DNA of 63,572 bases, counting the filler, from Octopus bimaculoides (lineage: Eukaryota): NCBI RefSeq assembly GCF_001194135.2. It is 5 parts of 4 records of this genome, joined end to end, with 100 filler letters (N's around TTAATTAATTAA, not from the genome) between each part and the next. Parts side by side here need not be neighbours in the genome. Positions count along the whole stretch, not along the records: positions 22,719 to 42,882 come from NC_068985.1; positions 42,983 to 49,557 come from NC_068984.1; positions 49,658 to 63,572 come from NC_068995.1; 2 more parts are not named here. One strand, written 5' to 3'. Shown here in pieces: positions 41,577 to 50,899 of the stretch (positions are counted from its first letter, which is position 1; every line of letters begins with the position of its first letter). The position numbers and the translations under genes are program-made. Under the pieces are notes generated by a model. That model was not told the DNA's origin, made no database searches, and saw only the letters and a program-made list of their open reading frames with translations.

Positions 41577-42392
41577 ACTCTTTTACTCTTTTACTCTCTT
41601 ACTTGTTTCAGTCATTTGACTGTGGCCGTGCTGGAGCACCAACTTAAAGGGTTTTAGTCGAAGAAATCGCCCTCAGGGTTTATCCTTTACTCTTTTACTT
41701 GTTTCAGTCATTTGACTGTGGCCATGTTGGAGCACCGCTTTTAGTCGAGTAAATCGACCCCAAGACTTATTCTTTTGTAAGCCTAGTAGTTATTCTAAGA
41801 GTTACTTTTGCCGAACCGCTAAGTTACGGGGACGTAAACACACCAGCATCGGTTGTCAAGCAATGTTGGTGGGGGTGGGGGGACAAACACAGACACACAA
41901 GCACACACACATATACATACACGTATATATACATATAAACGACGGGCTTCTTTCCGTCTAAAAATTCACTCACAAGGCTTTGGTCGGCCCGAGGCTAAAG
42001 TAGAAGACACTTGCCCAAGGTGCCACGCAGTGGGACTGAACCCGGAACCATGTGGTTTGTAAGCAAGCTACTTACCACACAGCCACTTCTACGCCTTTGT
42101 AAGCCTAGTATTTACTCTATCGGTCTCTTTTTGCCGAACCTCTAGGTTACGGGTACGTTAACACACCAGCATCGATTGTCAAGTTATGGTGGGGGGAAAA
42201 CACAGACACAAAGACACACACACACATATATCACGGGCTTCATTCAGTTTCCGTCTACCAAATCTACTCACACGGCTTTAGTCGGCCCGAGGTTATAGTA
42301 GAAGACACTCGCCCAAGGTTCCACACAGTGGTACTGAACCCGGAACCATTTGGTTCGGAAGCAAGCAACTTACCACACAGTCACGTTTGCAT
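41577..42392 (-). mobile_element. Nested SINE family B copies (one inserted inside another)
   Basis: Full copy at about 41686-42096 splits an older copy whose halves rejoin as cagggtttatcc|tttgtaagcctag. Confidence 0.82.
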
Positions 42393-42882
42393 CTATTTTA
42401 TAAAAGAAAAGAAGTGATTCGTTTAATATTAAAAATTTGGAATCTAAAATATTTTTTTGAACTTCCGAATCTCACTTCGCGCATTTAGTAATCTGAAACA
42501 TTTAGAGTAAGCAGTACCGTGAAATTCAGAATTACGGTTCGTGAAATTTCAGTGGATGATGAATAAGGGTCACCCCCGCTTAACTGGTTCTGGTTTTGAT
42601 CACATGATGTGATCGGAACCGACTGATGAGAACGAACGCTGCAGTTCATTTATTGACATCGAGCAGTACTTCGAAGCTGTAAATACCTTCTAACTCTGAC
42701 TGAAGCATCCGAATAAGTAGGAATGTTTTTCTGTGAAACTTTAACAAATGTGATTCTGATTTAAACCCAATGCATATAAATATTTACTTACAAGTGTATT
42801 GAGTATATTTGTCTTTAGTTTGTAAACCCATCATTCTTTATCTCTCTGTTTCTCACTTTCACTTTCTTTATTGCTCTCTCTC

Positions 42883-42982
42883 NNNNNNNNNNNNNNNNNN
42901 NNNNNNNNNNNNNNNNNNNNNNNNNNTTAATTAATTAANNNNNNNNNNNNNNNNNNNNNNNNNNNNNNNNNNNNNNNNNNNN
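42883..42982. other. Artificial scaffold spacer 44N-TTAATTAATTAA-44N
   Basis: Same 44N-12mer-44N geometry as 14536-14635. Confidence 0.95.
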
Positions 42983-43061
<79 letters not shown>

Positions 43062-43224
43062 AGTTGCGGGAGATTTGGTTCCTATATTAAATCATGGAAC
43101 TTAATACTTGTATCCCCTTCGTTAGTTCACTGTCCTGACCCTTGGTACCACTAAATCGTATCATTTACTCCGTATAATATTTATTTTTTGTCTAGAAACT
43201 GGGAAACGATTGTCTTCGACTTAC

Positions 43225-43357
43225 CAAATTCCTTTTCCGGTTTTTCGACTTCAACAGACGTTATAATTCTTTCTTCTACGTTTTTCGATCGGTTGGTATC
43301 GGAAAGGTACTGGAGAATTTTCTTGAGCTGCCGAATATTTTCGGTACCACTTAGAGC
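43225..43357 (-). CDS. KHK: Ketohexokinase coding exon E (133 nt): ALSGTENIRQLKKILQYLSDTNRSKNVEERIITSVEVEKPEKEF
   Basis: Acceptor catgtgttggcag|G, donor G|gtaagt. SVEVEKP motif is identical to human KHK. Phase 0 start is compatible with exon D. Confidence 0.92.
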
Positions 43358-44094
43358 CTGCCAACACATGATTGAAATAAAGGAGGTGCCGCAGACATTC
43401 TGCTATTGTTAACAAAGAAGACTTTGCACGCGCTAGTCGCAGCCAATTTACTTCATGTATGTCTCTGCTAGACATTTATCTCCATGTAGGACTTATAAGA
43501 AGGTGGAGCGGTTAACTAATCAGGGACCCGGAGAGGAGCTTCCTATGATAATTTAGAGAGCCTCGTTCTTAAGAATTCGTTTTTAACTCATTGCAGCTTT
43601 GGAGATTGACAGCCTCTGCTTCCGGGCCGAACGATTCTTGCAATCCGCAAAAAATAATGATTCTTTTAATAGACTCAAGACTGTGGGGGAGGGAAATCGA
43701 TGACATCGATCTCAGTTCTTGATTGTACGAGACTTTATTTTCGAATCAGTCCCGGAAGGATGAAAAGCAATGTTGAACCTCGGCGAAATTTGAACTAAGA
43801 AAGCAAACAGCCTGAAAAAATACAGCAAGACATATTGTACGAAGGCTCTAAGGATTTTACCTGTTCATTGTTCTAATCCACAGAATTTTAGAAATAACCA
43901 ATTGCGAGGGTGATATCAACAACCATTCAGTCCAGTAAATACCACCAAGGAAAAACGCCATCATTGTCTCAGAGTCAAAAGAGAAGCCCAGTTCTGTGAA
44001 ACGTGAATCAGCTTCATGGCTACTTTTCCACAGCTCCAGGCTGGTAGATGAGGGTCGGTCTCGGGAAACGGTTAAAGTTGCAGCAGCACGTTAG

Positions 44095-44555
44095 ACTAAT
44101 AACACACCATCTAGATATAGCGGTTGTCTCAAATTCCACCAAACAAGTGATTATGTGGGAACTAACTGTGCCCTGAGAAGACCACATGGGGGAAACTCAT
44201 GGCAGGAAGTTGGCCAAGTACCAGAAACTGGTAGGACAGCGCAGTAATCGAAACTGGCAGGTATTGTTACGAGGCAATGGAAGGAGGCTGTCGAGGTTTT
44301 TAGGGCGTTCATTCTGCAAAACTTTGACTGGGATGGGAGTTGCTGGCGCAACAAAGAGGAGGGCCATAGATTCTATCAGTGAAGCTGCAGAGAAGGTCAT
44401 TAGATGGTAGCTTTAGATGAAGATGGTAGGCCAGTGCAAGCTGGGACTCGATCAACTGAGCGAAGCGGGGTCTAATATTGAAGGACTTCAAACCCCCGGA
44501 GATTCCAGATACATCATTGACGATGTATCCCAGAGCATCCGTAAGATGTATCGTA
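44095..44555 (+). mobile_element. HERO-type (RLE) non-LTR element 3' end, antisense in a KHK intron
   Basis: DIAVVSNSTKQVIMWELTVP*ED...RKLAKYQKLV...GCRGF...RRAIDSISEAAEKVIRW resembles the HERO C-terminal endonuclease. A 3' UTR hairpin is at 44508-44529. Confidence 0.75.
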
Positions 44556-44613
44556 AAACTAAACTAGTTTTAATAATTTTATAAATAATTAAAATAGTTT
44601 AAAGCATACTGAC

Positions 44614-44692
44614 CTCAAAATGAATCCATTTAAAGGCATTCTTATTTAAATCAATTCTCAGGAATTCCTCAAACGTTACCGAAGGAAGGTTT
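44614..44692 (-). CDS. KHK: Ketohexokinase coding exon D (79 nt): NLPSVTFEEFLRIDLNKNAFKWIHFE
   Basis: Acceptor tttttttctttttag|A, donor GAG|gtcagt. Matches human [24 protein letters not shown]; phase 2-0. Confidence 0.95.
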
Positions 44693-44792
44693 CTAAAAAG
44701 AAAAAAACATACAAAAACATAAATGAGACTTGTGTATTTCATATGACCGCACAGTCATTATACATAAGACTAAAACTTATATATCTATCAAT

Positions 44793-45088
44793 GCGCCCTT
44801 TTAAAGCCTAGCCAGGCTCATGGGCCCGGTTTCTATGGCGTATGTGTTCCTCTCCCCAGCTGGACGGAACGCCAGTCCATCGCAGCGTTACTCAAGAAAC
44901 AGGAAGAAAGAGTGAGAGAAAGTTGGGGCGAAAGAGTGCAATAGGGGTAGCCAACACCTCCTGCCAGAGCCTCGTGGAGCTTTAGGTGTTTTCACTCAAT
45001 AAACACACACAACGCCCGGTCTGGGAATCGAAACCGCGATCCTCCGACTGCGAGTCTGCTGCCCTAACCACTGGGCCATTGCGCCTCT
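44793..45088 (-). mobile_element. SINE family C head with an alternative (V-domain-like) tail
   Basis: Same head as the 38647 copy up to cttcctgtttct, then gagtaacgctgcgatggactggcgttccgtccag. The same tail occurs at 7628-7721. Confidence 0.85.
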
Positions 45089-45224
45089 ACAAAACTTATG
45101 TATGGGACTTGCATATTTTCTGTGATCACAAAGGAAATGCTTTACTTTATCACATCTTAAACATTTTATGTGCATGGTCGTTGTTCTGATTTTCTTTTTA
45201 TTCTACTAATAAGAAGCGATATGT

Positions 45225-45870
45225 TCGCGAGATCGTGGTTTCGATTCCCGAATCAAGCAGTGGGTTGTATTTGAGGGCAAAGCACTTCATTTCACGTTGC
45301 TCCAGTCCACTCGGCTGTAAATGGGTCACTCTGCAATGACCTGGCGTCCCGTGGGGGCCGGACTGTTGCGATTACGGTCACTTATCAAATGAGAAATCTG
45401 GTAACCGGCCCTATGAGTGTGAAAACTCGAGGCGGTAACGCCCGGAGACTTGTAAATATTACAAGCCTATCGTCTTCTCTATAACAGAAGCTGTTTCCGA
45501 AGAACAAACCCTGTAATATAATCCCGTTCACGTGACCATCACATGACCATGTCATTTATTAACGTAATCTCTAGGATCCCAAGAAATTTGTAATCGTCTT
45601 TGTCAGCTATTAATGGCGGTACTAAAGGAACAGATTGAATTAATGAAAGTTAACTTTTCGTGGTATGTAGAAGCGCATGTCTTATTGTGGTTTCGATTCC
45701 TGGATCGGGCAATGTGTTGTGCTCTTAAGCAAGACACTTCATTCCATATTGTTCCAGTCCACTCAGCTGGCAAAAATGAATAATCCTGTGACGGATCAGC
45801 GTCCCGTCCCGGGAGGAATATATGCGCCAAAGAAATCGGGAAACTGGTCATATGCCCATTGCAGAGTAAT
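45225..45870 (+). mobile_element. Two decayed tRNA-head SINEs with a V-like tail
   Basis: gtggtttcgattcc B boxes at about 45235 and 45687; tccagtccactc and gcgtcccgt blocks. Confidence 0.65.
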
Positions 45871-46777
45871 GTGGACTAACTGAACTTCCTCATGGCATCT
45901 ATACAAAGTAATGTGAACCGATCGAATGTAAGTAAACAGTTGGGACGGAGCGAACTAGTGACAGAATGTATCAGCAATTGATAAACCCTTCTTTCTGTCC
46001 TCAACTTTTGGTGAAGTCATAGGGTTACGATGGTACCATATAGTGAAGTCACAAGGATACGGCCGGATCATTTGGTGGATGTGTGGCGGAGATCGTCCTT
46101 CTTCGGGTTTGGAAAAAAAGAAAAAAAGTTAGAAGAATCGATGCCAATTATATGACTGGTACTATATGTATCGACCCCGAAGGGAAGAAAGGTCAACTTG
46201 GCCTCAACGGGATTTGAACTCAGGGCAGCGCAGCGAAATAAAACGATCACCAAAAAATAGTGCAGCCGAGGTTTCAACGACTCCACTGACTCGGTGCCTA
46301 TTTAATGCCTATAGATTTAGTTAAGGAATATAAATAGTTAAAATTTAGAATATGTTGGTTTGAACTGTTTTTGATAGTATAAAAGACGCATGCGCACACT
46401 TCACGCGTCACATTTTCGGCAGCGCATATTCAGGAAAAAAAAAAGATTATAAAGCATCATTGCTTGTATTACTTAAACCAAATTTGCATAAAGTACTTAT
46501 GGGGGATTTTTAAAGCAGATTTTGGGGAAAAAATTGTTTTATATGCCATTTAAGTTCAGTAAAAAGTTAAAAATTAGAATAAATTGGTTTTCTACGAGAA
46601 AAATTTTAACATTTGGCACTAAACTTTTCTTCGGAGACGATTTTTATTACAATCCGACGAAGAGTGAATGAATAGAATGTAATACGAAAAACGATCCAGA
46701 CAGAGAGGGTTGGGGGGGGGGGGGAATAAAAAATAGTGAAGGAAAAACCAGCAAACATGAAACAGAGTATAACTTAC

Positions 46778-46912
46778 ATCGGGGGAGACAGGATTGTTCT
46801 AGAAGCATTCAAAGAGTTAATAAGCACCACTGTCTGAATATTGATGTGTCCATCGTGGAAGATGCAGTTGGATATGTCGATATTATATTTGGCGAAGTCT
46901 TCGATAAGAAAC
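46778..46912 (-). CDS. KHK: Ketohexokinase coding exon C (135 nt; equivalent to vertebrate exon 3a/3c): FLIEDFAKYNIDISNCIFHDGHINIQTVVLINSLNASRTILSPP
   Basis: Acceptor ctgtgttgcag|G, donor AT|gtaagt, phase 2-2. Aligns without gaps to human exon 3, including the IN....SRTIL motif. Confidence 0.95.
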
Positions 46913-46941
46913 CTGCAACACAGATTGTGAGTGAGTATATA

Positions 46942-46976
<35 letters not shown>

Positions 46977-47294
46977 GGTGTGTTATGAGAATTTTATGGA
47001 AAGGTATCCCACAGAAACTCAACAATTTACATATTTTATCCTTATGAAAAACTGAGAGCATACTAAAGAGTCTAGTTGGGTTTAGTTGTGTATAAACTAA
47101 AAATATGAAGAATCTTTGTTAGAAATCGCCCTTTGGATCCCTCCAAAGTAAAAGATAAAATATAATTCAACCTCTCCACACAGATACACACTTTATATAT
47201 ATATATATATATATTACTGTATAATAATATATCATAACAATTTGAAGCGACAATTTTTAAATACACACAAATGACTGAAAAATAATGAGCTAAC

Positions 47295-47365
47295 CCCAGC
47301 CAGAATCGAACCTACAAATCAACGCTAACACGGCTCCTTGCACATCCGGTTGTGCCAAACGCTCA
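47295..47365 (-). mobile_element. Isolated tRNA-like SINE head
   Basis: Minus strand tggcacaaccgg (A box) and ggttcgattct (B box); no complete cloverleaf. Confidence 0.45.
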
Positions 47366-47620
47366 CACATTAATTTCAGTCAAATTTAGTTAATATATAC
47401 TTAAACTGTCTAATACTTATATATAATATATAGGCATGGCTGTGTGGTAAGAAGTTTGCTTCTCAACTACATGGTTCCGGGTTCAGTCCCACAGCGTGAG
47501 CTACACAATGGAAAGACATAGATGCCGGAACCATGTAGATGGGAAACACGTTTCTTATCACACAGCCACCCTGAACTTCTATGATAAGTTTAAAGAGATA
47601 TTAAAGATATGAAAACTGAC

Positions 47621-47737
47621 GCTTTCTCGTAGCTGCTGGCCATACTTCCGAAGAATGCAGAAGGTTGTCCAAGGAGGGACAAAACAGTAGAGTTATTCGA
47701 AGCGTTACCACCTCGTCTCCATTCTTGATGAAGAACT
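47621..47737 (-). CDS. KHK: Ketohexokinase coding exon B (117 nt): [38 protein letters not shown]
   Basis: Acceptor gttctcgtattgcag|A, donor GC|gtcagt. Contains the PfkB signature-1 RGGNASN motif (human WQRGGNASNSCTVLSLLG). Confidence 0.95.
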
Positions 47738-48019
47738 CTGCAATACGAGAACAAAAAATACAAATGAGAATTAAGTATAATGATGATAATTAAATAGGGA
47801 GCGATTTATATAATTACTGATTATATCTAATTAGATAACTGATACATTTAAACATTTATTTAGTCTGGTGTTGTGATATTGTCTTCGCTGTCTTTGCCGC
47901 CGTGAAACAACCTAAATAGACATTGAGACAGTTGAAAAGTGCGGATAACGAAACGGGCTCCGGGGAGCAGCCGTTTTATGTCTATCATCGGAACTACATC
48001 GGCATTTTGTTGGAAATTA

Positions 48020-48152
48020 GGAATGAGAACCCAGGTTCGAAATTTCCCCAAGACACCTGATGAAGGCTGGAAGGTATATCAGCCGAAACGTTGTGTGAAC
48101 AACAAACGAGACGAGGACAAATATCCGTCAAATGTAAATAATGTAAATAATG
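48020..48152 (+). mobile_element. Penelope-like terminal-repeat fragment in a KHK intron
   Basis: Near-identical to the reverse complement of 8843-8980; contains the hammerhead motif. Confidence 0.65.
48053..48096 (+). ncRNA. Minimal type I hammerhead ribozyme motif in a Penelope-like repeat
   Basis: ACAC(48053-56)-CUGAUGA(48057-63)-A-GGCUG/CAGCC stem II-GAAA(48085-88)-C-GUU cleavage triplet-GUGU. Stem I is ACAC/GUGU; stem III is the palindrome ACGU. Confidence 0.7.
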
Positions 48153-48277
48153 TTATATTTTTTAAATGAAATATTTGCACGGATGTACTTTGCAAATGAA
48201 ATTATTGAAATAATATTCCAGTAATTAACGGACAACTCTTTAATTGCAAAAGTCTTATTGAAATCTTCAATCTAAAT

Positions 48278-48647
48278 CAAGGGTTCTCAACAGGGGACAT
48301 TTGGAGCTCGAGGGGGGTGTTTTGGAGCAAAGGAGCTCTCTTGTACCAAAGAGCACTCTTTCGATAAACAACACGTTGGTCTCATAAGTGTCACGTGGTG
48401 GAAATAAACGTAATTACCAAACTTTCAATTCATTATTTCATTTTTTTTTTTTTTTGCATTTCAATTTGCACATCTGTACCCCCGACTGCATACAAGTGCA
48501 TATATAAAACAACATCCATTTTTTTATCATTATTTGCTGATGTCAAAATAAGTAGTATATTGAAAAACAAAAATATTTTCTAGGGGGTCATTTGTGACTC
48601 CAAGGGTCAAAAGGGGTCTTTTGGCCAAAATGGGTTAAGAACCTTTG
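48278..48647. mobile_element. hAT-family MITE in a KHK intron
   Basis: TIRs caagggttctcaac / gttaagaacctttg; perfect 8-bp TSD atctaaat at 48270-77 and 48648-55. Confidence 0.88.
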
Positions 48648-48831
48648 ATCTAAATTAATCATTTCCTGTTAAAAGATGGCAACGAAATGTTTTACTTTAT
48701 ACCAAAAATGGAAACTGAATAGACATTCGGCAAAGCTTTTGAAACCAACCAAGGCAATGCCCCAGTATGGCCGCAGTCTAAAGAATGAAACCACTGAAAG
48801 AATATAATAATAAAAGAATAGAAATTCTTAC

Positions 48832-48930
48832 AGTGTATCAGTATCTTCGTCCGGGTATTTGGGGCAAATGTTTACAATATCGATACACACTAAACCAACG
48901 AATAAAACCTTCGGTTTCTCTTCTGAATCG
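48832..48930 (-). CDS. KHK: Ketohexokinase coding exon A (99 nt; equivalent to human exon 1 coding part): DSEEKPKVLFVGLVCIDIVNICPKYPDEDTDT
   Basis: Minus strand acceptor tttacatttttcag|C, donor CT|gtaaga. Peptide matches the KHK/PfkB N-terminal strand (human [26 protein letters not shown], from memory). Phase 2-2, in frame with the next exon. Confidence 0.92.
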
Positions 48931-49118
48931 CTGAAAAATGTAAATGGACTCTGAGTTATTGCTCGAAACATTTGTCATTGTTTAAGTAAAAACTGACGTA
49001 AAAAGAAACAGGTGTTAATGCATTAATACGGCATCAGTGGATTTTGAACCCAACACATAGAGGTTTGCAACTAAATACTACAGCGTATTTCATGTGCCAT
49101 TTCACGATCTTAGATTTC

Positions 49119-49155
<37 letters not shown>

Positions 49156-49174
49156 ATTATTATTATTATTATTA

Positions 49175-49535
49175 TTATGGCACAATCGTTAGCTCACCGG
49201 GCGAAATGCTTAGCAGTATTTCGTCTGCCTTTACGTTCTGGGTTCAAATTCCGCTGAGGTCGACTTTGCCTTTCATCCTTTCGGAGTCGATAAATTAAGT
49301 ACCAGTGAAAAACTGGGGTCGACGTAATCGATTATTCCCCTCCACAAAATTTCAGGCCTTGTGCCTATAGTAGAAAGGATTGTTATTGTTACATTGATTT
49401 TAAATTCAGCCGAGATAGACTTTGCCTTCTGAGATCAAGTGCCACCGAAGTCGATTCGATCAAATAAGTACCAGTTGAATACTGAGGTCCATGTAATCGA
49501 CTAACCCTTTCTCCAAAATTTCAGGCCTGATGTAA
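49175..49535 (+). mobile_element. SINE family A, one near-full and one partial copy
   Basis: Consensus body at 49190-49380; second partial copy at about 49400-49535. Confidence 0.82.
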
Positions 49536-49557
49536 AAAGGACTGATAGCACATCGGA

Positions 49558-49657
49558 NNNNNNNNNNNNNNNNNNNNNNNNNNNNNNNNNNNNNNNNNNN
49601 NTTAATTAATTAANNNNNNNNNNNNNNNNNNNNNNNNNNNNNNNNNNNNNNNNNNNN
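49558..49657. other. Artificial scaffold spacer 44N-TTAATTAATTAA-44N
   Basis: Same 44N-12mer-44N geometry as 14536-14635. Confidence 0.95.
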
Positions 49658-49752
49658 ACTTCCTCTTCCGGTCTTTTCATCATGTAACCTCGTGGGCATC
49701 GGTACCATTTTCCTCTTTCTCCGTTCTTCCATTCTCCGAACTTTCCATCTTT

Positions 49753-49779
49753 CCGACGAAGGGCTACGCCCGAAACGTC
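49753..49779 (+). ncRNA. Hammerhead-like motif, third family, U4C variant
   Basis: CCGACGA-A-GGGC-uac-GCCC-GAAAC-GUC. Stem I is poorly supported. Confidence 0.35.
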
Positions 49780-50899
49780 ATACACTCTCTCTTTCCTTTC
49801 CTGAGCGTCCAACAATACTATCCATATCACGTCCTCACTTTGTTGTTTTTTTTGTTTTTTGTTATTGTTTTTTTTAACTATATATATATATAAATATATA
49901 TGTGTAAATATTTGTACGTATGTGTGTTTGTGTGTGTCAATGTGTTGTGTGTGTATAGTTGTGTGTAAATAGAGGCGTGAATGTATGTAGAAGCGTGTGG
50001 CTTCGTGATGAGGTATTATACGCATAATCGTAACATTTTAGTTTCGATTCCTGTGACGGACCAGTATTCCGTCCTTCGAGCGGTGGGAATATATACTAAA
50101 CAAAATCCTGAAATCGGCCTTACGGGCCTACATATCAGGAAGGGAATTGGGTCCTTTTGATACATACACAAACATACACATTCACGCACACACATACATA
50201 TATGGATCAAAACGGTTTGATTCAAATTAGTTGGTACACTTGAGTTTCAAGCGTGATGCTAGTCGTCAACCATTTTAAATTTGAATAAGACAAATTTATT
50301 GTTATTACCATAAGGTGAACTGCCATTGGTTGAAGGAGGTCATGCGGTGTCGTAGTTTGATGTTAGTATATGGGTAACAGTTAGTTTGAAAATACTGCAT
50401 GGCGAACAGGAAATGGACCACGTGGAGGAAATAGACTAAAAGTCAGTCAGGTTTGGGGGCGGGGATGTAGGAAGGGGTGGCAAGTGTAAGTATATAGCTC
50501 TATATCTGGTTGTGCGGACGCGGTCATATAGTTTTGTGCGCATGTTTACTTTGATGCAAGTGTGCGCATCTGTACATGAGCGCGCACACACTAGTTTGCA
50601 CATATACTCACGCACACACGTTTGGAAGAGTATGCACGCGCGCACACACACACACATACGCTTACATGCAAACACATACACGCATACAAACACATGTGCA
50701 TTTATTCATATGTAAATTCTCATGCATGTACGCAATGATACCAGTGTGTGCGTGCATAACTGCATACGCACGCGCGCGTGTGCAAGCGACGGGGATTGGT
50801 AAGCGTTGTAAATTGGTGTTTCGGGTTGGTATACGTTGGGGATTGGTGAATAGTGGTCCTGTTCATGGGGTTGGTGTGTAGCAGTGACCTTGGTGCAGG

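Noticed and set aside
46385-46430. GCATGCGC NRF1-like site with CpG cluster
   Set aside because: A single short motif within a KHK intron; no other promoter evidence.
47295-47365. Possible tRNA gene
   Set aside because: A and B boxes are present but there is no acceptor stem or anticodon arm; treated as a SINE head.
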